From assembly GCF_018977255.1 (NCBI RefSeq), contig NW_024704743.1, positions 92,692,001-92,756,000 of the forward strand: a DNA stretch of 64,000 nucleotides, given 5' to 3'. The first letter of the stretch is position 1, and the number at the start of each line of letters is the position of its first letter. The notes under the pieces are model-generated. The model searched no databases, was not told where the DNA came from, and worked only from the letters and a program-made list of their open reading frames with translations. This DNA comes from Callorhinchus milii (lineage: Eukaryota). Both the position numbers and the translations under genes were made by a program. This document shows, piece by piece, positions 23,467 through 36,379 of this stretch.

Positions 23467-25494
23467 GCATTTACTGGGGATTCAAACCTGGACATTTCTG
23501 CTCTCAAGTTTAGTGCTGAGCCACATCAATAGAGCAGAAAAAACAGTCACAGTGTTTACAGTGACTGCATAGATAGCACATTGTGGTTTGGTTGAGGTGT
23601 TCATGAATTTTCAGAAACAATGCCCACTAAGACAGTGGTATGTGAGTACAATACATGTTAACTGTACTGAAACAAATCCACATACGAAGTTTAAAATCAA
23701 AAGGATTTTGATTTTACTGACAAATTTCTCTGGCATTCTTGGAATAGAACATTTCTCTTAGCTATTTTCAATATATTGCATAAATTATAGCAATTTTATA
23801 AATTTTAAAATTTTAAATTCACACTAAATAAATTTCTTCACTAATTAAATGGTTTATTGACTTAGATAGGTCTGAATTATTGACTAATTCACCTATCTAA
23901 CCTATCTAACTATACTATGAATAGGTTTGATAGTGAACATCCTCCCCTCAACTTTGGCACAGTAGCTTAGCCCAAAGTCTTGTTTCATGAAATAATCCAC
24001 TAATGAGGATTCATGCTTAGCAGTATTGGGTCCAAATTCTTCTTTTTGACCCCAAACTGATGCCTGAATGCTGCTTTGCAGGAGAGCAGTCCAATTTCAT
24101 GTTGCTCAAAAATGCTACGTACAGTAAACAGCAGGTATGTATCACTACATCAGCAGGATTCCTTCAAGTTACATTACATTTGTTCATCTCCCCAAAGGTT
24201 AAAGATAATGATTATAATGAATCCACATTTAATATCATTACCACATGTGATACGTTCTGTGCATTCCTGATGTCTTTCAGGGCACCTGAAATCACCATTG
24301 CAAATAAAACTCCATAACGCCAATAGACCCGTTACTGGGTGGAGGTATTGTTTGTGACTTGGTGCATTACGTTTCAGGCTTTGATCTCTCTAATGCACTC
24401 TATTAATCCTTTCACAATTTGGAAAACGTTTGTTAGATACCCCTTTATCCTTCTCTGTCCAAGGAAAACAGTCCTGATATACATTTCAGTTTAGTGCACG
24501 ATCGGTTGTTTTTGAAAAACTGACATTTGTGATCCACAACACGTGTCCAGCATTTTCAGGAAACTCAATTGACTTCCCTCATTAGCCATGAACCTCAGTG
24601 ATTTAATGATCCATTTCTTATTTTGAAAATCAGACAGAAATTTGTTCTGAACAAATATGCTCAGATTCTATTAATCATATTTTTTGATAATCTTGGCTCT
24701 CCAGTAACTAACTTTGCTACATGGTTCACTGATTCTAACAAACAGATGGTGGTGTAATGTATGGAAGGTACCGCCATCTTGTGATATATATTGCACTGCA
24801 ACCACACAAATGGGTCAGGTGACAGGAACGAGGTAGAAAAAGATGCAGACGTCATAGCAAGTTAAAATGAAGAGGCTTTATTAGCACAAATAATGTTCCA
24901 CTTGAGGTTAGAAAAAAGACAGGTGATTAACCCCTGTATAAAGGTTGTATTGTCTCAACTATTATGGGCAATTGTGACTACTGGGCTTTACTCCCCGTCT
25001 ACATCAGAGCAAATTGGCTATGTGAAATAAGCCTCTTGCAAAACCTGCTCAACAACAGCTGCCAACAGCTTGTGAACAAGATGGAAAGAACCTCAGAGGC
25101 TGATCCTAACCACCTGAGTATGTTTAATATTATTCCAGGTTCCTCACTAACACCTAACCTGACTTCAGGTGCAGTCCAGTAATTACCTCAGTGATTACAT
25201 GCCATGGTACCTCACCACCTTAGGGTTTCCGTTTGTCCTGGGAACATATGTTCCTACATAACCTGCTGGGCTGTCACCATTGGGCTCAGAGGAATTCCCT
25301 ACAGAAGTGTTACAGTACAAAGAGGTGAAATTTGTAACATTCCATAACAAATTTGATGTGATAATGATGAATCAACAGAATTTCAATCAATATCTATTGA
25401 CTTTTTTTATTCTAATCACGCCTACAACTTTGAACTTTGGGACAGTGGTTTATTATTATAATAATTAACTTTTTAAAAATAATTTAAAAAATAA

Positions 25495-25956
25495 TTAGTG
25501 CATTTGATATTGGGCCTTTCGTGTCAGGAGGATGTCTCAAAGCACTTTGCAGGATTTACTTATAGTATAGTTTAGTTATAGAATATTGTTTGTGTGCATG
25601 ATAGGCAAATTGAGGAGCTACAAACATTCTACAAACAGCCACAGAGCAAATGTTCAATCTTATCTGGAGGATTTTTAGTAGTGTTCCACAAACAACCAAG
25701 AAGTGAATTAACAATATTATCTGCAAGGTTGTTGACCAGGATATCATGAGAAGCTCCCTTTTGAACAGTGCCATGAGATCTTTTAATGTCCACCTCAACA
25801 TGATTTTGCAGAGGATGACACCTCCACAATGCAGCACTTCCAAGCACTGCATTGGAATATCAACCTAGATTATAAACTAAAGCCTGATGTGGGGCTTGGA
25901 CCCACGATCGTTATACTCAGAGATGAGACTCTTATCAACTGAGCCAAGCTGACACC
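25495..25956 (-). mobile_element. Old full-length Deu-domain SINE
   Basis: tRNA-like head (reverse of caactgagccaagctgacacc), core ttgaacagtgccatgagatcttttaatgtccacct, and L2-like tail. Confidence 0.75.
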
Positions 25957-26169
25957 TGCCTGTACTGTGTGAGTGCAAATCACACGACTCCTGAAACTGC
26001 CATCTCCAGGTGGGAATGTGATCAGAGATCCTGTATGATTTTACTGTGATAATTATTTTTTTACCTGCTCTTGCCAATCTTTGTAATTTGCTAAGTCATT
26101 CATTCTACCAGTTTAATGGCAGTCAAGGTTAGAGCACTAGAGCAATTATAATTAATATTATTTACGAGT

Positions 26170-26510
26170 GCCTCATAAATGGGAGGACCTGTGTTCGATT
26201 CCCGGGCAAGGCGAAACATTGGGCAACTTTCCTCAGTCCACATGCTTCTGTTCACCTAGCAGTAAGTAGGAACCTGGCTGTCAGTCAATTTGGCGGATCA
26301 CTTTTCTGGGGGTAATAATCTCTTCAAAAAAAAAAAAAAATGTGGTCATTCAATCCATGATTGTTTGTGGGACATTGCTGTGCGCAATTGGATGCTGTGT
26401 TTTGCCCACAAAATATACAGTCAATTCACTTTACAATATATTCTGTGAAGCGCTTTGAGATGTCTCGAAGACATGATAAGGTGCTATATCAAATGCAAGA
26501 ATTATTATTA
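26170..26510 (+). mobile_element. tRNA-derived SINE, long form
   Basis: B box gttcgattcc, block ctgttcacctagcagtaagtaggaacc, and tail. Confidence 0.88.
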
Positions 26511-26559
26511 CTGGTTTGTTTGAAAAGCTTTTGTTTTTCTCTAATACTAATTTTTACAA

Positions 26560-27070
26560 TCCTACTTCACCACATTGACCTATATTATTTCATCCTCCCT
26601 TTTGATAACTTCTTAAATATATTTATACTGCAGCTTTTCCCTATTACCTTGTTCCAATAACTTTTTCTTAGCTCATTTTGCATTCCCTCAAAGTCTTCTT
26701 TAAAATGTAATATTTTTGAATCACTGTCTTTCTTACATACCCTCAGGGTGTTTCAATTCTAATGATATTGTTCTTATTGGATCCTAGCTACTCTCCTACT
26801 TCTATCTGATCTACTGTATCTGGGACATCACTAAAGATTAAATTCTTAATAGCTTTTGACGGTTCTGGCTATTCAATAAACTGAGCAAAGAAGCAATCCT
26901 GTACTTCCTCTAGAAATAGACATATTTTCTCTCTACTGTTTTCGAGTTAACATCTAACAATTGAAAATCCTCGCAATTAATGTTCTGGCAGTACAACAGG
27001 CTTTCCTCAGCTGTAAAGCTATTTCCTCATCAAAACTCCCCTCTTGTCTTGCCCACACTAATAACTGATA
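26560..27070 (-). mobile_element. Very old CR1 endonuclease-region relic
   Basis: The minus strand reads FLEEVQDCFFAQFIE*P...AIKNLIFSDVPDTVDQIEVGE*LGSNKNNII, matching the CR1 APE C-terminal pattern (FL..QD.FL.Q...PTR..AILDL...GE.LG.SDH). Confidence 0.6.
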
Positions 27071-27649
27071 GTAATCTCTCTTCTGTGAAAGTCAAGGCAA
27101 TTATTTTCATGGCTATGATCTCTCTTACTAATAAATAATAATAATTCTTGCATTTGATAAAGTACCTTTCACTTGGGGAGTATATCTCAAAACATTTCAC
27201 AGGATATATTGTAAATTGTAGTCACTGTATATTTCAAGCACATGTAAGCTGTCTATCTTCTTGCCTCAGTTGCTAGGGTGTGAATCAATGAGAGCTTGTT
27301 CAATGTATTATGAAAATAAATGTACAGCCACAGTAGAAATGTCATATTCTGATTTGTTTGACCTACGTTAGCTATAAACCATAAATCTATGATATCAGTC
27401 CTACTGCAAGATGTGTGCCTTGTATCAACTTAATTGGAGAGAGCATTGACAGACTTCACAGTCAACCTTCTCCTATTCTCACCAAATGTCCACACACATG
27501 CATTTCCAGCAGAAAGGTTATGGATCATGATGAGGAGCTGAAACCTTGGATGCTCCTGCATATTCCTATTGAATAGTATACAATCCTGCATATTGAGCAT
27601 AACCTAACTCAGGGAGCATGAGGCCAATAGCATAACGTCACCTTATACA

Positions 27650-28130
27650 ATTTACATTTATGTAACGCCTTTCATATTAGGAGGACATCTTAAACCACTT
27701 TACACATCTGTTTGGGCAACTGCGTGAGTGGAGAGAGTGGGTATGGGGAAAGATGACCAGAAGTGCTGCCAAAGAGCTTATATAGGGGAAAGCGGGAAGA
27801 GGCAGAGGGACTTCAAGGTGGAGCTCCAAACACAAGGGCAAAATGGCTGAAACTCTACCTGCCAGTAGTGGGGGCAGATGGTGTGGGCATGAAGCAGGCC
27901 AGTACTCACTAAGTGAAAGGAGAGTCCGGGTTGGTAGTTTCGCAGATAGTCACAGAGGTGATAGAAGGATTGAATCTGACTTGGAGATCTTGTATTCAAT
28001 TCACTGGAGAATGGGAGGCAGTGGAGCTGAGTGAAGAAACAGGTGATATGCTGGTGTGGGAGAGGACACAGGCTGCAGAGTTCTGGATGGTGTAGAGAGG
28101 AACTGGGGAGTGTGGTGACCAGGGCATTTA
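27650..28130 (-). mobile_element. Old L2 3' fragment
   Basis: L2 tail plus degenerate IQNSAA and LHxLP motifs. Confidence 0.7.
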
Positions 28131-28161
28131 AGTCTCTGGTAGAAGGTTTAAGTTGTCCTGT

Positions 28162-28479
28162 GGAGGCATGTAGTTCAGTGGTTAGAGCACTTGCCTCGCA
28201 AGCAAGAGACCTGAGTTCGATTCCCCGGCAGGGTGAAACCTTGCGCAAGTTTCCTTCTCCATACCCCTGATAAATATCCCACGAGAAAAAAAAACAATAA
28301 TAAATTGGTCACCTCAATCCATGACTGTTTGTGGGACACTGCTGTGTGCAATTGGCTGCCATGTTTCGCCCACAAATATACAGTCAATTCACTTTACAGT
28401 ATATTCTGTGAAGCGCTTTGAGATATCTAGAAGATGTGAAAAGCGCTATATCAAAATGGAAGAATTATTATTATTATTT
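28162..28479 (+). mobile_element. tRNA-derived SINE, short form
   Basis: Full head, Deu-like segment and tail. Confidence 0.93.
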
Positions 28480-29640
28480 AAATAGTCAAACTTTCTGCTT
28501 GATTGAGGCTACCTGATCTGTATAGAGCCGAATTTGAAGCTGCAACCTTTCAGCTGTTTAATGTTTTATGTAGAGGCTGAGATATCTGGGAAGCTAACTG
28601 TACTGGAGACCATTTCTTAATTTACTGCAACTCATCTTTAGCTCTCTGTATCTGAATTCTTTGATATTGGCTCTGGAACAAGATGGTTGGACTATTTACA
28701 CTGTGTTTATATGACCACTTTTTCTCAGGAGCGTTCCCTTGAGAAAATTAATAATCTATAAATAGTGACTTTTTCGATTCAGATTCCTTTCCTGACTCCA
28801 AATCTATCTGCTCCAGAATTGCAATCAGATCAGGTTGTTCACTCTGGAGCAAGGGTTGAAAGACAAGACATAGCTCCAGAGGTGAACTACTGATGGCTGG
28901 TCTCACTGTTTGAGTGCCAGGTTACCAGAAATTAACAAACTGTGACAACTGACTTCCCATTGTGAGCAAGAAATCCGATAATTAGTTTCCATGCCCTTTT
29001 AAAGGTATTAACAAGCTTCATTACCTATAAATACATTTACTATACTGTTTAACAATGACTTCTAACATTGACGCAAATTGTTCAGGGAATGATCTACTCT
29101 GAGTACCTTTTATTACAATCTGCTGGTTTGCTGAAGTGAGCAAAGCTGACTCCCACTTCTCCAAATAATTTTTTTAAAATTCTGTCACTGCCTTCTGTTC
29201 AAAAGGAGAGCCATTAACCGCACAACAAATTCCATTTTACTGCTCATAATGCGTTTGCACACTGACAAATGGGACAAGGAAATTAAATGAGCTATATTTA
29301 TAATACTGAGCTCAGGGAATGACAAGTTGAAGCTGTAAAGAAATAAATCCTTGCATTTGATTTAAGCATCTTAAAATAGAGTTTTCTGTGAAGTGTAGTG
29401 ACTATATAAATATTAATTAGAAAAGCAGTAACAGTGCTGGTACAGTGTACTGTCATGAAACCAATTCAAGTTTGAATATCAGTCTTGAATGATAACCACA
29501 CTCACACATTGTACTGCGAAATATCTTGCATTGTCAGCTAAACCATCGGAGAAGTACCTATTTGACCAATGAACTGCCCCCAGTGGATTAATATTGACAG
29601 GTTAGCATGGAGACAGATGCCGAAGGATAAATTACATACA

Positions 29641-30903
29641 GCAACAACATAATTACATTTGTATAGCAACTTTCATGTTAAGAGGATGTCCCAAGGTGCT
29701 AGATAGTTAGTGTTTTGGAACCGAGCTGGGAGTCTGGATTGGGAAGAGTGGAGGGCAGGGGGAAGGAGGGTGATTGAAAGCTTGGTCGAACATGAGGGTC
29801 TTGAGATGGATCTTGAAGGAGGCAAGGGAGGAGGCGAGGCAGAAGGACTGCAGGATGGAGTTCCAGAGGGTGGGGGCAGAGTGGCTGAAGGCCCACCCGC
29901 CAAGGGTGGGGTGAGCGAGGCGGGGGACATGAAGCAGGCCAGAGCCCGATGAGCGGAGGGAGCGGTCAGGTTCATAGGGGTTAGGAAGTCGCAGAGGCTA
30001 GGGAGAGCGAGGCCATGGAGGGCTTTGAAGGTGAGTACCAGGATCTTGAACTGTATTCTCTGTGTGATAAGAAGCCAGTCGAGTTGGGTGTTGATGGAGG
30101 TGATAGGGTCACAGAGCCTGTTGATGGAGAGGACATGGGCCTCAGTGTTCTGGATGACCTGCAGCCTATGGAAGGAGGAGTTGGGGAGGCCAACAAGCAG
30201 AGAGTTTGCGTAGTCAAGCCTGGATATAATGAATATGTGTCTGAGGGTTTCGGCGACCTGTAGTGTGAGATAATGACGGAGCCAGGAGATGTTGCGGAGG
30301 TGGGGGAAGGGAGAACAGGTCATTGCACAGATGTGGGGTAGAAAGGACAGTTGAGGGTCAAACAAGATGCCAAGGTTCCGGACTGGCTTAGTAAGGTGGA
30401 GTGGCATCCTTGGATGGTGATGCTGTCAGCGCCTGAGGTGTGGAAGCACTGACGGAAACCAATCAGGAGGACCACTGCTGAACTGACTAACATTCTGTCA
30501 AGAAAGCAGTGGCCCTGGAGTTAAGGGTGGAGGCAGACAGATAGAGTTGGGTGTCATCCTCATACATGTGGAAGTTGACCCCATCTCTGCAGATGATGTC
30601 ACCAAGAGAGAGCATATAGGTATTGAAGAGGAGGAGGGGCCAAGGACAGAGCCCTGAGGAACTCCACATGAGACGGTGCGGGGACTAGAGGACAAATTCT
30701 TTGTGGAGATGAAGTGGAGATGGTGTGAGAGTTAGGATTTAAACCATTCAAGGACAGAACCATAAAGGTTGAGGTGAGAGGAGAGGCAGTTGATGAGGAT
30801 ACAATGGTCAATAGTATCGAAGGCAGCAGAGAGGTCAAGGGGATGAGGAGGCAGAGGGAGCCCTGGTCGCAGATGAACAGAATGTAATTTGTCACTTTGT
30901 CCA
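29641..30903 (-). mobile_element. L2 LINE, 5'-truncated and frameshifted
   Basis: Fragments [30 protein letters not shown] and SRLDYANSLL. Homologous to 4006-5350. Confidence 0.93.
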
Positions 30904-30907
30904 GAAC

Positions 30908-30965
30908 TGTTCTGGATGTCCTCCTGACGTGAAAGGTGCTATACAAATGTAATTTTGTTGTTGTT
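30908..30965 (+). mobile_element. L2 tail-only insertion, opposite orientation
   Basis: ggatgtcctcctgacgtgaaaggtgctatacaaatgtaattttgttgttg. Confidence 0.8.
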
Positions 30966-31262
30966 TCTGTGCATAGTATGACATACACAGTCACTTTTGT
31001 AAATCCTCAAACTGGATTCACTCCTATTGCCTCGGTACCTGGGCTGTCATCAGCAGTGTCCTGGAATACTGCATATCCACCTGTTTTAGGAACAGAAGTT
31101 AAAACATTTTTCCAGTGTGTGGGGGTGGTGATGTCATGACCAGGGATCCTGCAAACAGACTGATGTCTGTTGGAATGTTACCTTTGTTGTTGATATGGTA
31201 TTGCTTTGGTCATTTTGCACCCCACAGGTAGCAGAAACTGTTATAGGATGTCATTGTCATTT

Positions 31263-31586
31263 AATAATCATAATAATAATAATAATCCTTGCATTTGATA
31301 TAGCGCTTTTCACGTCTTCTAGATGTCTCAAAGCACTTTACAGCATACACTGTAAAATAAATTGACCGTATATTTGTGGGCGAAACGCGGCAGCCAATTG
31401 CGCACTGCAGTGTCCCACAAACAGTAGTGGATTGAGAATGACCAATTTATTATTATTTTGTTTTGGAGGGATTATTATTTGGCGTGTGGGGTAAGGAAAC
31501 TTGCCCAAGGTTTCGCCCTGCCTGGAATTGAACCCAGGTGTTTTGCTTACAAGGCGAGTGCTCTAACCACTGAGCTACAGGACTCC
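31263..31586 (-). mobile_element. tRNA-derived SINE, short form
   Basis: Full-length match to the family. Confidence 0.95.
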
Positions 31587-32929
31587 AGTTAAGTTAACTA
31601 GAGTTAACTTAGCTGTTAACTTAACCAGAAGATTCCAGCAGTAAAAAATTCCAGCAGTAAAAAAAGACTTGTGCACTAATGAAGGTGTTTGCAGTGTAAG
31701 ATTGATTTGGATCCATTATACAGTGGTTTGCGCTTTTCACCCTTTACACAAGGAATCCCACGTTTTAGGAATTCACTCCAGTTTGGAAAATATGCACCGA
31801 TTTTAGGCAGCTAGCTGACTTTCAAAAGAAAAATCTAGTCTCATTTTAAACCAAGTTTGCTTTACGGGTAATCAAACAAATGAAGAATGCAGTAGAAAAC
31901 AAGTTGGTCTCAGAGGGGAAAATATATGGCGTATCAGAGCTCCCAATTCCCTCATTCGTTTAAGCGCTCTGAGATGCCTTCCGGCATGGAGGGCGCTATA
32001 TAAATCCAAGTTGTTGAACGAGGCCTGATTTACATGGACATTTATCATCTGCATAAATGTGTATTGTGTGAGAGTAAAGCACTAGGTTTTGAGAAGGCAA
32101 CAGAGTTGCACCTTGGAAGGGACTTGTAACAAACAAGAGGGTCAGCTTGCTCCTCTGCTCAAACCGTAAGTGGTAACTGCTCAACCATTTTATGTATTAC
32201 GACTCCGATTTAACTTAAGGCTTTGGGGTGTGGTCAAAATATATGCTTGTGTCCATTAAATATTTGAAAGTTATTTTGAGAAGTGTGTATTTAAATTTGT
32301 TAATATAAACAGGATACTGGTTTTGTCCTCCCGACTCAAGAAGCCCCGAACTTTAATCACTAAAGCATAGGGTGTAAAATACCAAGCTCTATGACAAGTG
32401 TAGAGCGGAATAAGCTTAATTCTCGATTTAACAATACTTGATACTACCACTATTGCATTCCCAATAATGTTTTCCCATGTCCCAACCTTCTTTACCCTCA
32501 ATAACAATTCACTCAACATAATATGTAAATTTTTTGACGTGGCTACACAGGGTTTGAAAGATCACTCATGAAAATACTGTAGAATTTTTATTGAAAAAAC
32601 TTGCACTGCAGTGAAGAACCTAATAGTTTTAGTGACTTATTAGCTGTTCTAAACATAGGCAGAATAACCAACTTTGGGCTCCGCCACTCTGCTCACCCCC
32701 AACACCAAAGACAAGGAACCCAACACAACTTTTTGAATTAATGTATTTGGACCTCTGGTATGTTATTCCTGAACACCAAATCCTGTAACATAAAAGTGGT
32801 TTGAATTTGAAATTCCAGACACTATTAAATTCGAGAACTAAATTCATAGAATGCAGTATGGATCCAGGTGGTGCTAAATGGTAAATCCAATCTCAAATTG
32901 CACACCTGATTTGGAAGGAGAGGCGAGGA

Positions 32930-33290
32930 ATGTTCACAGTGTAGAAGAAAAGCTCAGTGGAGATCTTAGTGCTGTTTTCAAGATCCTGAAGGATACATAT
33001 CAATGCAACCCTAATAAGGTGTTTAACATAGTTAGTTCATCTATATTAAGGGAACATGGACTGAAGCTCAGAAGGTGATATATGGTTCTGATTTAATTAT
33101 TTTACACTGGAATTGGTGAGTATGTGGAATAAACTACCAAGGGAGGCACTAGAGGCAGATTATGTCAGCAAATTCAAGAAGGAATTAGATAACTATTTGC
33201 CAAAGAAATCAATTGAGATACAGTAATTTAACTGTTATGTTTAATTTGGAGAACAGCCAGATGGTCTTGAGTCCTGTAGGTTCCTATGCT
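32930..33290 (+). mobile_element. Old CR1 3' fragment
   Basis: Degenerate LSGDLSAVFKILK...REHGLKL and gtggaataaactacca...aaattcaagaaggaattagat. Confidence 0.6.
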
Positions 33291-34113
33291 CATGTGTAAC
33301 CTGGAATAGAAGGGAGAAACAAGACAAAAGGTGGCAGAGAACTACAAGAAGTACAGTTTGAAAAGCTCATGCCAACGGTTGCTCCTTTTGCTTCCTACAC
33401 TGGACTATGGGGATAGATACAATAACCTTTCAGTATAATGGTGAGATTGGTATTTCGCACTGTGGCAGCTTGGATTTCTGGTAACATTCTCCAGTTAGTA
33501 AAACATTATGTGCATAGTCGTGATAAAATTAAGTGAACAAAAATGTGAAATACAATGCCAGACAACTGCCAACTTCAAAGAACAACCGACAGCTAGCAAA
33601 TCATCCATCAGTATAAAACGTTAATTGGTCTCACAGGTTTGTATTGCACATCATAGGGAGAGAGCTAAAGTATTTTAATATACATTTATTTTGCCACACA
33701 GTATTTAGATATTCCATTGGGACTGTAAAAACCTGTATAGTAAGAGCATCCCTTGGGTAAAACACTATTTAGAAATCAGTCTATCCCAGAATGAAAAACA
33801 GGCACGAGGACCAACATAGTATGAGTTAGATTTAAAAAAAAGTCCAAGTTTGCAAAGCTTCTAAAACAGATAACAATTTTTTTTAACATCTTAGTTAAGA
33901 GATCACGCTCAAGGCAGCCCTTTAGCAGCAATGCCTCAGTGTTATTTTCCCTATTGTAGAATAACTAAGTTCAAATTTCAGACTCGATTGAAGCTGCCTC
34001 ACAGGATACAGTACTTTTGGTGGTAAGTATGAGGCAGGTTTGGTCAGGTTGTAAAGCGGACAGTCAAATCCTTTTAGTGTGAGGCTGGTGATAGAATGGA
34101 GGAAGCATCTCCT

Positions 34114-34265
34114 GAGTCCTGTAGCTCAGTAGTTAGAGCGCTCACCTCGCAAGCGAGAGACCTAGGTTTGATTCCTGGCAGAGCGAAATGTTGGATAAGT
34201 TTCTTAACTCCACACACCACTATTTACCTAGCAGTAAGTAGGAACCTGGTTGTTAGTCGATTAAC
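34114..34265 (+). mobile_element. SINE long form, 5' half
   Basis: tRNA head plus tttacctagcagtaagtaggaacctggttgttagtcgatt. Confidence 0.85.
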
Positions 34266-34402
34266 AGTTAACAGTGGAAATGTACCATCATTAGAGAAAG
34301 GGTGACTATTAATAAAGCTGGTCAAAATGTTGTGAGTAAAGACTTTGTAACTTGTAATTGTTTTATCCAACAAGAAATAAAGAATGCTTACTCACAGGCG
34401 TT

Positions 34403-34642
34403 AATAATAATAATAATTATTATCCTTGCATTTGATATAGCGCTTTTCACGTCGGGAGGACGTCCCAAAGCGCTTCACAGAACACACTGTAAAGTGAATT
34501 GACTGTATATTTGTGGGCTAACGTGGCAACCAATTGCGCACAGCAATGTCCCACAAACAGTCGTAGATTGAAAATGACCAATTTATTATTGTTTTTGGTT
34601 TTGGAGGGATTATTATTAGGCGTGTGGAGTAAGGAAACTTGC
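34403..34642 (-). mobile_element. Young SINE, 5'-truncated
   Basis: Near-identical to the 53088-53330 part of another copy; lacks the tRNA head. Confidence 0.93.
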
Positions 34643-34788
34643 TTAATAGAGCAGTCCAGCATAGGGTAATGAGGACAAGTTACCCGGAGGGTGGTGGCGA
34701 CCTAGGCCACTGGAGTCATTTATGAACTAGCTCAATACTATAATGTTGGAAGATGATAGGGTGAGCAATCTGAAAGGATGAGATCAAA

Positions 34789-35250
34789 TGGAAAATAAAA
34801 ACCTAAATGGGGAAGAGGAGCAAAGGGATCTAGGGGTACACATACATAATTCACTAAAAGTAGCAATACAGGTTAATAAGGTCATAAAAAAAGCAAGCCA
34901 GGATTTGAGGTTTATTTCTAGAGGGATATAAATGAAAAGTGGGGAAGTTATGGTAAACTTCTATACAACCTTGGTTAGACCACACTTAGAATACTGTGTG
35001 CAGTATTATACATTATAGAAGGGATGTAGAGGCAGTGGAGAGGGTGCAAAAGAGATTCACAAGAATAATCCCAGATCTAAGAGGTTATACCTTTCAGGAA
35101 AGGCTGAACATGCTTGGCCTCTTTCTTTTGAAAAGAGTGGGGTAAGGGGTGACCTGATAGATGTCTTTAAAATTATCAAAGGTTTTGATAGGGTAGACAT
35201 AGGGAAGATGTTTCCACTTGTGGGGGTGACCAAAACCAGGTGCCATCCTA
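34789..35250 (+). mobile_element. CR1 fragment, same family as 9670-10410
   Basis: Colinear from tggaaaataaaaacctaaatgggg to accaaaaccag. Confidence 0.9.
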
Positions 35251-35274
35251 TAAAATATAATATAATATGAGGGT

Positions 35275-35538
35275 TCATGACCAGGACAATGGGGAAAACC
35301 TTTTTCTCTTTTCAAATAGTGCCATAGGATCTTGAACATACACCTCAACAGGCAGGTGGACAGGACTTTGGTTTAACATCTCATCTGAAGGATGGCACCT
35401 TTGACAATGCAAAGATCCTCCCAACACTGCACTGCATTGCCAGTCAAGACTATGATTCCAAAATCCCAGTGTGAGGCTTGAACCCACAACCTTCTGACCC
35501 AGAGGCGATAGTATGCCAAATGAGCCAACCTGACACCT
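35275..35538 (-). mobile_element. Old Deu-domain SINE, 5' two-thirds
   Basis: ttcaaatagtgccataggatctt, tttaacatctcatctgaaggatggcacct and cttgaacccacaaccttctgac motifs. Confidence 0.75.
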
Positions 35539-35670
35539 CTTTATCATAGATTCCAACAGCACATTAAAAAGCCTATTTCCCCCACTATGTCTGCACTGGT
35601 GTTTTACTCCACACCTATTTAACTCCTGCTTGATCCCATATCCTTTAATATTCCTCCACCTCAAGTATCT

Positions 35671-36045
35671 GAAGTCCTGTAGCTCAGTGCTTAGAGCACT
35701 TGCCTTGCAAGTGAGAAACCTGGGTTTGATTCCCAGCAGGGTGAAATGTTGGGCAAGTTTGCTTACTCCACACGCCTCTGTTTACCTAGCAGAAAGTAGG
35801 AACCCAGTTGTTAGTCGATTGGCGGATCACTTTTCCAGGAATAATCATTCCTGAGGAAAACAAACTAATAATAATTTGGTTACTCAATCACGACTGTTTG
35901 TGGGACACTGCTGTGCATAATTGGCTGGTACATTTCACCCACAAATATACAGTTAATTCACTTTACAGTATATTCTTTGAAGCACTTTGAGACATCTAGA
36001 AGATGTGAAAGGTGCTATAACAAATGCAAGGATTATTATTATTAT
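35671..36045 (+). mobile_element. Full-length SINE, long form, followed by a second 3' fragment to about 36175
   Basis: Head, long-form block, Deu-like segment and tail. It sits inside old minus-strand CR1 sequence. Confidence 0.92.
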
Positions 36046-36379
36046 CTATCTGATTCCATTTCACCCAGAAAAAATTACAGTCAATGCACTTTACAATATA
36101 TTTTGTGAAGCGCTTTGAAACATCTCAATAATGTGAAAAGGTGCTATATTAAATGCAAGGATTAGTACTATTATTTTATTCCCTATTAAAATATTCTATG
36201 GACTCTAATTTAACAAATGTTTATGGAAGAAAAAATAAATTCTCATTATGCATTGTCTAAAGATTTTTTCTAACTTTTTTTATAATTATATTACTTTTTT
36301 TTAAGTATTGTCTCAATATAATCCAGGATTATTTTCTCGGAAATAAATTATTTTTATTTTCTGAGTCATAGCCCTTTGA

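Noticed and set aside
29641..30965. L2 bounded by inverted tails, resembling a TIR element
   Set aside because: Better explained as an independent tail-only insertion, which is common in this window. No TSD was seen.
34789..34830. Two CR1 copies (9670 and 34789) starting at nearly the same point
   Set aside because: Only two copies, and the flanks are unrelated. This cannot be told apart from chance truncation and is not a segmental duplication.
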